This document shows positions 38,179-50,100 of a DNA stretch of 64,000 bases, piece after piece. The position numbers and the translations under genes are program-made. The DNA comes from Tubulanus polymorphus. Taxonomy: Eukaryota; Animalia; Nemertea. The stretch lies in NCBI RefSeq assembly GCF_964204645.1, contig NC_134034.1, positions 8,878,962-8,942,961 on the forward strand, written 5' to 3'. Under the pieces are notes generated by a model. It saw only the letters and a program-made list of their open reading frames with translations. It had not been told where the DNA came from and ran no database searches. Every line of letters starts with the position of its first letter. Position 1 is the stretch's first letter.

Positions 38179-41100
38179 TTAAATATCGGAAGTAGCGTAT
38201 ACAGAATTTCTGGATGAGCCTCCACATATTTCTTTTGGGTTTCCTCTGCATTTCATGTTGCATTCAACATCCGGCGCACGACCATATTTACCGACCTGGT
38301 CACCACAGAAACACGCCACGGTATATTGAAGTCCAGCAAATGCGAATCCTTGAGAGAAAGCAATCTTCATTATCAGTAATTCCTGTGATTATGTTTTTGG
38401 AGTCAATAACTCAGGAAGGGCGCTAGGAAAGGCAGTGGTAACAATCTGTTAAACTGTGGTGAGAAGTTTTTTCAGTATATGCCAAACGCACGAACACACG
38501 CGTATTTTTAGACAGTAAAATGGGTTTGGATAGCACCCTCCAGAATTTGACACAGTTCCCTAGGAAAATAATACTGCGAGAATCCTTACCTCTGTATTTA
38601 CAAATACTGATGCATTTCTCAATAGTCATGGCCATGCTGTTTGCCGCATACGTTGCCAGATCTCTGGTATGACCGTCATTAAAACATCCAGCGTAATTCC
38701 GACCTCCTGATGAGATAGTAAAATGAGAAGTCAGAAAAATGGAACAAAGGGAAACAAAGTCGCTGTACAATTGCGAAAACTTGCATTCTTTTCAAACCAC
38801 TCCTCGCATTTGAACTGAAATAAAATCACATTTCAATTTCATCGATCATTCATTAATTTAAAAATCCATAGCAGCAAAAACAGTACAAATCTCATTTCTA
38901 ATGAGTAACATGTATTTGTTATAGCGAACGTTTTCAGGAGTTACATTATCCTTCCTTCAGGCATAGCGCAAGTGATTGAATTTATATATCATACTGGTAT
39001 TTATATAGAATAAGACGACGCTTATTACAAACAATTTCAAATTACTGAGTGGCAAGATAATCATAATACAAAGATAAATAATTACACACAATCTAAATTA
39101 CTGAGTGAAGATATTTGACTAGTAGTTAATTATCTCAAAACATTGAGAATGAATCCTGAACCGTGTTCGAATAGTTGTTGATTAAGGGAGGGCTGTTGAG
39201 TTTTGATAAAAAGTGCTTCTCTTCAGCAATTGGCCAACATGTATCAAACTGCCGTGACTGTCAGGTCTCGTTTAGCGAAAAGAATTTCAAAATTTTAGAT
39301 AAAGGTTCCTCCGATTTAGATTGCAAAATTATAGAAGCACTTTCTATCAAAACTCAACAGCCCTCCCTTAATCAACAACTATTCGAACACGGACGGACGG
39401 ACGGACGGACGGACGGACGGACGGACTAACGAAATGCACCTTTTGTGATTGCTGACCTATGTGGCTAAAAGGCTTATGTGGCTAGACATTATTATGTGTC
39501 TTCAAAAACTTTTCTAACAAAAAGCACCTTATGTGACTTGATATCCTAATTTCATACAATAACATCAGGGCTGCCTTTTTGCAACAACCATTCTGCTGTC
39601 TGTACGGGAGAATATCACTAGCCCGGTCTAATAATGGGACAGGGTCAATATTGACCATTAGTCAATCAGTGCTAATGGGTGAACGGTGGACAGTTTAAGC
39701 TATTATATGGCCTCTAGTATTCGATGAAAATGACTTGTGATTGCAGGCAACATGGCCTACATCCTCGCTTGCCAGGGTTTGATTGCCGCTAGCCAAGGCC
39801 CATGTCAACCAAACCCAGCTGCAAAGCCTTCATTGGTCTATTATATCGCCCAAGATTTTTTGGGCAGACAGGTTCCTGCTCGGCGCCCGCCAATCTATAT
39901 ATCTAGCCAATCAGATGCATGGTTATTCATAGAGCGAACTTGCTGGTAAAAACAACACATCTGATTGGCTTAATACATAGACTGGTGGGCACTGAGTGGG
40001 AAACTGTACAGACACCAATTATAGCTACATTTGTGAATTTTTTGAAAGGCCCCTTATGTAGAGAGTAAGCACCATCTGACAATTGCAAAAAAAACAATGA
40101 ATTAAAATTCACCATTTTTTATTTCAACATCAGAAATGTTACAAATAGAATATTTCTATACTTGTGAAGGGACAAAGTACTTCTTGTCTTTAGCATATCG
40201 GTTCAGTATTATTTAGTTGCGAATGTGGATAAAATTACTTTTTATTTTTCAAAGATTGCCGTTTTGTTACATTCATGTTGCTAATTTTCTTTACGATAAG
40301 GTGACTTTGCCTTAAATGCAACTCTCCATTATTGGCTTTACTAAGCTTTTTAGCTTTTTCACATGCAAATGTGTTTGGAGTGATACCACTCTCGAGATAT
40401 TTAATGAAATATTTCTTTATTTCATTGAGTTCTTTCAACGACCACTTCTGTCGCGTACTTTTTCGGTTCACTCCCTTTTTAAGGTTAACTGGTTCCTGCA
40501 ACTGTTCACTGTCATTACTATCACGGTCATCTTGATCATCATCATCTTCATCTTCATTGCCACCGAACGCAACAGCTTCATCAGCATCAATGTCTGCGCT
40601 ATCATTGATTTCACTGTAAGAATTAATTTGATAGACTTCTCGATATCAAAGTTCAAAGTACCTTCACATAGATGCGTAATGGAACCTGGCACTAAAATTG
40701 GTTTAGTCATGTTCAATTAAGACTAAACTAAATAGTAGTCGTTAAGTGGCTTCGTGCAAACACCTTTTTTCATACGTAAATTTGTAGATATTAGATTTTT
40801 TAATGATAGGGAGATATACTTAAATGAATGTAAACTGATCTAATACTCACTGATCATTTAGTGATGGCAGGTGTGCATTTTCAATTTCCTTTCTGTTATC
40901 ATCCCTGGTAATATTACTGGTAACAATTTCTGAAAAGTGAAGAAAATTTCATGGACATAAATAGATTAATAAATGTGTTAATTGAGCAACTGCAGATGTT
41001 AATTGAATTGATATTGATATTTTTTATTAGCGAGCCTATGCTTTCACTATTTGATGACATCATACTTCCAATTCATTTGCCTATCGCAAAAAAAAATTCA

Positions 41101-44100
41101 GTAAAATGGGTGGCACACTTTTTATCTAGATTGGTCTGAGATCTCCTTTTCTCAAGGGAGGTGTCATATAGTGTCTATTTGCCATCTGAAAATTTCTGAT
41201 AAGTCCAAACTCCATTTCTTGTGAAATAATTGATTGATAAAAATGCAATAATCAAAGCAAATTGCCAATCTTGCAGTGAATTCAAAATTGACCCGGACTG
41301 CTAGTACTATGAATTTTTTGGTGTTGTTCATACATTTTTACATGATTGCAAATTTCAAATTTATTACCAAGCCCTACTAAATGAAGGAGTCTCACCCATA
41401 CCTAACTTTCTAATAACATGGCTTGACCATTGGACTATTGTTTCTTTGACAAATCCATCAAGAAATATGGTAGTCTATTTGGAACTTTCCAAACTTCAAG
41501 TATGGATGGAACACATCGAACGCTAGATTTTGTTTTCAAATTCAAACCAATTGGATGGGGTAAAATTTAATTGATATTTTAGTTGCAATGTTGACATTTT
41601 GTTTTCTAAACATTGATAGTTCCACGTTTCTTTGATTACATTTGAGAATGTCGCCAATGTGTCTCCATACACTACAGACCGTGCGCAGTACAGCGCATCA
41701 CCTGTGGGTGTATTTACATAAGTAAATTGTCACTTTCATTGCCAGATAAGAATAAATGTGAATCTTTTTGAAACAAAAGCTGTAGTTTGATTTTACCTTT
41801 TTCCTTTGAAGGTTTGAAAGACAACACGTATAATGTATGGTTATTGCTGCGTACACACCTTTTATATCAATTTGACTCAAATCTTGACCTTCGTATTTCT
41901 TTGTCAAATTCAAATCTTGAAGAAGGAACAGCTTTGTTAAGTATACACGCTCAATCAGACCAGACATTGCCTGATAGTGCTCTATGTTGACTCGTTTTGT
42001 ATGACCAAGATGTTTGCAAACCCATCCGAAGTGGTGTTTGTCAAGGTTCATCATCTGAAAAAATGCTTTCCATTAGGCACTTTAAAAAACTACACAAGCA
42101 ATTAATACCTCTCACTCATGGGGCAGGTAGATAAGTATGGCAGTTTAGCAGGAAATACATATAAATGAGTGTTATTAATTATGAAAATTATCAGTAAAAA
42201 ATTAAAGGCTGTATGCTGCCTGCCAATGGTCAGTATAAACGCATAATCTACTACCATCTACAAAGGATTATCACCTGTGTAAGAGTCGCGGTATACTTCC
42301 TTATAGTTACACTCGTGATTCGGGCTGGAGCCTTCAAGTTACATATTTCACATATCGATTTAAGTGAAGAATAGGCACGTACATAAGCCTTCCCTGAAAA
42401 TTAAAAAACAACATTAGTAACAAAGGAGCAGGGCAGTTAGATGATAATCGGGGAGGTTCAAAGATCTTATAATGTAATGTAATAATTAGAATCATTTAAT
42501 TTCAAGGAATAACTTATTGAGAGATGCTTTAAAGAGGTGCTTTTAGCATAGGCTAATTTTACAGAAATTTGCAGAGAACAGGCCTGCATTTTGATAATGT
42601 AACAAGGATCACATTAGGTATATATACCTGTGGTCGGAAAAAGATATTTATTTTCAACACAAATGCCTGCAGCACATCTATTTTCCAAAGATGCTATGAA
42701 TTCCAGTGGTTTCAGTACATGGGGTGGTATCAAAACTGGAACAATTTTTGATCGCTAGAAAAGGAATTTTGATTAATGCAAAAATAAAACATACTTTCAA
42801 TTAGTACCCATTGATGTGAGATGGGTATAAAAGATGGTGATAGAGAGTTGGTACTGCAGGATTTAAATGGCATTTTTACCTTTCCTCGAACACGCATCAA
42901 AGAATGAGTGATCAAAAGCTGTCGTTCAATGTCTGTAAGTTCACTGGCAACTGAATTATCGATATCCGACAGAGATGTCTCACGATTCAGAAAGCTCTGC
43001 AATCTGTAAATAACCATCTTCAACAATGTAGGATTTGCGAAGTATTGCACCTGTATTTTCAGCTCATTTTCAAATGATCTAAAATGCTTCATTAAATTTC
43101 GATTTAAGTAAATTGTATAAAATTTTGCTCTGTATTCATTCTCCATAGATAACCATCAGAGAAACGAGGTATAATTTTTTAGCCTTAGATTAGTTCATTT
43201 TCAATTCGTTTAACTATATTCATAGATTCAAACTTAATCAGGAACTGTGGAACAGGGTCCAGGATCTCTAAAAACTCAGTAGTTTTGTACTTAATATTTA
43301 AAATACATTAACATGTTATTGAGAATTTCACTTTGTGACGGTGTGATAACTATACATAAGTATACTATATATTTATACTTACTTGATGACTTCAAGTTCA
43401 CCAGACCGTCTACGATTGAAATGGAGGAGCTTAGCTTGAACTAATTTAATTATTTCTGGAAAATTATCAATGATGAGGTCAATGTCTTTCAACTTTCTGT
43501 CCAAATAACGACTCAATTTCTCGATGTCGTCAGGGCTTGGAAGCTCCGTTTTTGATTCATATCTTCGTTTCATGAGTACATACTGAGCAAATTTCGTCAA
43601 CTTCTCGGCCCACTCAATGTCCATGAGACCAAGAAAAGCCTTACATTCTGCTAATTCACGATCATTTCCTTCCTGCTTCACTAAAGTTGCCCATTTAGCA
43701 TTGATTAACCGTTTCAAATCGTATTTCAATTTAAATGCGTTTGAAGGAGACATAAGATCATCCTCATCATCCATGTATGGAGAACATGTTTTAATAGCTG
43801 CCAAGACCACTGCATCAAAATTCTTTGGAAGCAGTAATTCCCACAACTCTTCTTGTTTGTATTCCTCAGGTTCATCCGGTGAATTTTCTTTATTGACAGC
43901 TGCACGCAAATTAATAAGGAACCGAGCAGCAAGTCTCATTCGTTGACTGGCGTAATATTTCCTTTTATCCACATTTTCAAAATTTCGCCGGAGCCAGCTT
44001 TCACCTAACACAAGAATGAGTCTATCATTTTGAGCAATTCGTCCAATATCATCCTGCGTCATTATACTAAAAACCTCATCTAACATAAGCTTGGATGGCT

Positions 44101-47100
44101 TAAGTTTAATATGTCCCGCCATCATTTGTGACTGGATAATCAAATCACGCTTTTTAATCTGACTCAGTTTTCCAGATTTTCTTAGCTTTCTAGTGCATCT
44201 TCTGTAGTGATATTTTATACTTTGAAGAACAATCCATGCTCGACAATGTGGACAAGGACCATATCGGCTGATATCTAGAAAGTTATCACTAGGTCTTCGT
44301 GCTAGAATAATCTCGCCATTTTCAGCTTCTATGACTGCTCTATTGTGACGGTCATCTCCACGCTTCCTAATATCTTCCCATTTACCAGGGGTATCACAAT
44401 TTTTCAACAAATGCTGCACCTCCTCCACATCAGCATGAGTTTTCATGTGAACACCTATGTGCTGCACTAATTTACCACAATAAAGACATGCATGGTAGTT
44501 ATCATATACACGCTTATTCTTCTTATGATGAGTGTTGCCATGAGCAGCGGCTCTGCTTGATTTTCGATATCTTCTTATGTAAATATTCCGGAAATTGACG
44601 TCCCGAACAATTGGAAATTCTGGAAAATCATTAGAACCTACATCTTCACCTACATCGTTGCTTTTTCATTTTTCGGGTTTATTTTCGGATAACTTAAGAT
44701 GAATTTTGAGATTAGGATACATTTCATCAATATCCATGTCACTATCAGTGCTGCTGTCTTCATTAGAAATGTTTCGTTCTTGTTTTGACTGTGAACATAT
44801 GTTTTCAGCCATCTGATCCAATTCACCCTCAGTTTCATCCTGAATTTCAATGATAAATTCATCTAAAATTTCTTCTGTTAGGACCTGATCTGTAAAAACA
44901 TCTGATTCATTTATCTCCTGAAAGTAATCTGCACCCACGACCTTCAATTCGGCCATCTGCGAACAATCTGCACCAACGACATTTGCTTCAGTCAACTGAG
45001 AGGAATCTGCACCCGTGACGGTTGCTTCAGACATCTGCGAACAATCTGCACCCGAACGGTTTCTTCAGTCATCTGAGAAGAATCTGTATCAACGACGGTT
45101 GTTTCGGTCATCTGCGAACAATCTGCACCCGTGACGGTTGCTTTAGTCATCTGAGAGGAATCTGTACAAACGACGGTTGCTTCAGTAATCTGAGAGGAAT
45201 CTGTACAAACGATGGTTGTTTCGGTCATCTGCGAACAATCTGCACCCGTGACGGTTGCTTTAGTCATCTGAGTGTAATCTGCACCAACGACGGTTGCTTC
45301 AGTCCTCTGCAAGTAATCTGTACACATGACGGTTGCTTCGGTCATCTGAGAAGAATCTGTACCAACGCCGGTTGTGTCAACCATCTGAGAGTAATCTGTA
45401 CAAACGACGGTTGCTTCGGTCATCTGAGAGTAATCTGTACCAACGACGGTTGCTTCGGTCATCTGAGAGTAATCTGTACCAACGACGGTTATTTCAGTCA
45501 TCTGAGAGTAATCTGTACCAACGACGGTTGCTTCAGTCATCTGAGAGGAATCTGTACCAACGACGGTTGCTTCGGTCATCTGAGAGTAATCTGTACCAAC
45601 GACAGTTGCTTCGGTCATCTGAGAGTAATCTGTACCAACGACGGTTATTTCAGTCATCTGAGAGTAATCTGTACCAACGACGGTTGCTTCAGTCATCTGA
45701 GAGGAATCTGTACAAACGACGGTTGTTTCGGTCATCTGCGAACAATCTGCACCCATGACGGTTGCTTCAGTCATCTGAGAGGAATCTGTACAAACGACGG
45801 TTGCTTCAGTCATCTGAGAGGAATCTGTACAAACGATGGTTGTTTCGGTCATCTGCGAACAATCTGCACCCGTGACGGTTGCTTTAGTCATCTGAGAGGA
45901 ATCTGTACAAACGACGGTTGCTTCAGTCATCTGAGAGGAATCTGTACAAACGACGGTTGTTTCGGTCATCTGCGAACAATCTGCACCCGTGACGGTTGCT
46001 TCAGTCATCTGAGAGGAATCTGTACAAACGACGGTTGCTTCAGTCATCTGAGAGGAATCTGTACAAACGATGGTTGTTTCGGTCATCTGCGAACAATCTG
46101 CACCCGTGACGGTTGCTTTAGTCATCTGAGAGGAATCTGTACAAACGACGGTTGCTTCAGTCATCTGAGAGGAATCTGTACAAACGACGGTTGTTTCGGT
46201 CATCTGCGAACAATCTGCACCCGTGACGGTTGCTTCAGTCATCTGCGAACAATCTGCACCCGCGACGGTTGCTTTAGTCATCTGAGAGGAATCTGTACAA
46301 ACGACGGTTGTTTCGGTCATCTGCGAACAATCTGCACCCGTGACGGTTGCTTTAGTCATCTGAGAGTAATCTGCACCCACGACGGTTGCTTCAGTCATCT
46401 GCGAACGTTCAGCATCAACGACGGTTGCTTCGGTCACCTGAGAGTAATCTGCACCCACGACTTTCGATTTGGTATAGGAAGGACTGTTCATTACTAGAAA
46501 AATAAATTTAGTATTAGGATACGAATAGTGGCAATATTAGATAGCCAGTATTAATGCTCCCACAACATTCAAGGTAATTGGACAGCCGATGAAGTACGGG
46601 GAATATGTAATTACTTTTACTCACTCTCGGTCTCGACCCATTCATAATCATTTACGAAGCAGTTTAATGTCTCCCATATTTTCTTCTCAACAATCGGCCT
46701 ATCAGCTGACTTAGCTCCGCCGCATTAAAAAATCTAAGCTCTTGTTAGTAAAACAAAACTGCTACGATAACTTCATTTATTGAGCAACATTCTCAGCTTA
46801 ATGACTAATAGCAGTAAGTTCTAGATATGGAACCTCAGCAGAAAAGAATCTATTCACGAAATTAATACCGTAGTTCAAAAATTTCTATAAAATATAAAAT
46901 TAGAAATTTGTACGATAATTGGAACACAGAAAAAGAACCAGAAATTGACATAAAACTAACTGCTATTGGTCTACCCTAAATAACGAATCATTTCTATAAC
47001 AGAACTCGCTAAAAACTCAAAAAGCCCAGAAGAGCCCAATGAGGTTACCACATCAACTTGATGCTTTTTCACAAACACCCAGAGAGAAAATGACCCAAAA

Positions 47101-50100
47101 ATAAATGGCCACCTCATTGTACAGTATAAAAGCAAGGTAGGTACTTGTTCCATTTTCTTTCAAATTCTTATTTTCTTCAAAACCAAATATGCATTTATCA
47201 ACACGCACAAAAAATCTAAAATAATGAGATTGTGTACATCTTAAACTGCAGGACTAAGAATAAAGCATTTTGTATAGGCCTACATCTCGGGGAAAGACAT
47301 GTCATTGAAAATAGAAAACTCAATAGAAAAGGTTCAAAAGGTGAATCAGTGTGCAAGAACTTTGAGTACAAAGTGTATCCCTGGGACTTAATGTGTTAAG
47401 TATTCACTTTTTGACAGCAACTATCATCTTACGGGTATTCTTGGTTAACCGTCTCACACCAAATACCAATCATTGGATCAACATGAATTCAAAATGCGGA
47501 AGATGTTAAACCCAGCTTATACTTACATAGCTTTGTCTGAAGGCACATATACTTGGATTTCTTTATCACATGCCGATACAATTCTTACAGGCCAGTATAC
47601 CCCCCTAGGAATTCCCTTCAGTTGTGACCATCCATATTTTTCAGCCATTCTAAAAAATAAATTAAGGTTATGAATGCACCACAGGAGTTATCACTTGACC
47701 ATGCCTTGGATTTTCCCTATATTTAAGTGGTTATTGTCTATGCCTTAGGCTGCTTACATCCATACTTAAGTGACCCTAGCGTTTAAGACTATCCTGCTTT
47801 AACTGATAAATGCTAATGAGTGTCCAAATTTAAGTGGTTATTGTCCATGTCTTAAGTTGCTTATGTCCATACTTAAGTGGCCATTGCGTTTAAGATTATC
47901 CTGGTTATGCTAATAAATACTCACCGAGTGTCTAACTTTAAGTGCTTATTGTCCATGTCTTATGTTGCTTATGTCCATACTTAAGTGACCCTAGCGTTTA
48001 AGATTATCCTGGTTATGCCAATAAATACTGTGTCTAAATTTAAGTGGTTATTGTCCATGTCTTATGCTGCTTATGTCCATACTTAAGTGACCTTAGCTCT
48101 TAAGACTATCCTGGTCATGCTAATAAATACTCACGGAGTGTCTAATTTTGAGTGGCTATTGTCCATATCTTATGTTGCTTATGTCCATACTTAAGTGGCC
48201 CTAGTGTTTAAGATTATCCTGGTTGTGCTATTAAATACTCACTGAGTGTCTAACTTTAAGTGCTTATTGTCCATGTCTTATGTTGCTTATGTCCATACTT
48301 AAGTGACCCTAGCGTTTAAGATTATCCTGGTTATGCTAATAAACACTGTGTCTAAATTTAAGTCGTTATTGTCCATATCTTATGTTGCTTACGTCCATAC
48401 TTAAGTGGCCCTAGTGTTTAAGATTACCTTGGTCATGCAAATAAATACTGACTGAGTGTCTAAATTTAAGTGGTTATTGTCCATGTATTATGCTGCTTAC
48501 ATACATGCTTAAGTGACCCTAGCGTTTAAGACTATCTATGTCTTATGTTGATAATGCCCGGAATTATAGACTACAGTAGTTCAATCTTTCACTACATGAC
48601 TAATCATTCACTAAATGACTAAGTTAATGACCACAAAAATTGCTAACCAAACCTGCAAATTGTTTTCCTGCACCACAACTGAACACAACAGCAATTCAAA
48701 GTCATTTTCAAGGAAAACACATAGTGCATCTGCATATTCACTGATGTGATGAAATAAAATAAAGTTCACATTGTCCTCAAAAATCTCTTCAATGTCAAAC
48801 TCATACTGTGAACATAAATCCAATGCGCTTTCAAAGTCAGTACTACATGGAAATCCTATTAAGTGGCACACTATTACATTTCCAGACATTCTGTTTAGAA
48901 ATCAAAAAGAGGCTGAAGGACTTACAACCACATAAGATTTTACTGGATTGACTGGCCACTTATGGATAGACAGTGATAGGCAGGCTTTCTTATCTATGAA
49001 ACAAATTTGCAAAATAATATTTAGAAATATTACTAACTGACGCAAGTGACAAAGCGAAGCAGTAATTGTTAGGGGTACAAAATTTTTCTTTCATCAAATG
49101 AATTTTGATTTTCAACAATTTCATGGGTTAAAGTAATTCTATCAAACATGTCCACTTAAAAAAGACTTGAAGATTCAGGCAGCATTTTTCTGAATGGGTC
49201 AGACGGGGTACCGTAAACAAGCATGCCGTAGCCTATTTCTAAAAATGCATTATTTTTGAATTGAATTATATTAAAAATCCTCATTTATTAGATCTATTCT
49301 ATTAATCTATGTATAAACATTAAAAGCTGAAGTCAATCATAGATTCATAAGAGCTTATTTCGGGTAACTTTAATTTTTCATGACGAAAATGTAGATGAGG
49401 CCTAGAGCCCATATAATTCCCCAAATGATGTTCTCATTCACATGTTTCAATAGAACTTCTGAATGATGTTATTTCGAATTATCCAGTTGCATCATAGATA
49501 GGCCTACAAAGCCTACAAGGCCTAGTATTGATGAAATAATAGACCTGAAAGGCCTAATAAATGGACCATGCCTTAATATATACTTGATGCAAAAACTTGA
49601 GCAGGCCTCCATAATCTTAATTACTTCGTTGAATTTCAATATCCTAAGTGAAAGAAGTTTTGAGACAAACCATGACATTTCTGAAGCGATAAAAAAGTCA
49701 GGAGTAGCACTACACTAGCCTAGGCTAGGTTTAGTCTTGTGATAATGTTCTTGGCAAAGAAATTATGATAAAGGCCTATTTCCAGAAATTAACAGCAAAT
49801 CCAGGACCACATTTTTCAAATGTGAGGGGAATTCAAGGGGCTTTGAGGGAATAAATTATAAAAATTTGAGTGGCATTTTAACTTTAAGGTCAACTATAAA
49901 CTACCAGTAATTGCTGGATAAATACAAGGGTGAATCTAGGAAAATTGATTTGAGGAATTTGAGGTGCTGTAGAACCCAGATTTATTACTTTTTCCTTATA
50001 TCTTTGCCTGTTTTGTAATTGATTAAAACCTTTTGATGTAAATAAAGACTCACCTTGTCATCGAATTTGCCGCCATATTGAATTGATCATGTGACATATT

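Noticed and set aside
41858-44467. Phage integrase, bacterial contamination or DIRS retroelement
   Set aside because: The gene has spliceosomal introns, lies in an animal intron, and has no RT/RNase H.
45022-46497. 491-aa plus-strand Cys/His-rich ORF (ICTNDGCFSHLRG repeats) and ORF 45333-45758
   Set aside because: Antisense shadows of the 39-bp repeat; the minus frame connects to the recombinase gene.
47720-48550. CRISPR-like regular repeats
   Set aside because: Whole units are homologous, so it is a minisatellite with no spacers.
48611-48889. 92-aa acidic minus-strand ORF in the Crypton 5' region
   Set aside because: May be a real exon (acceptor just before the ATG), but no recognisable motif and no confident link to the recombinase; left uncalled.
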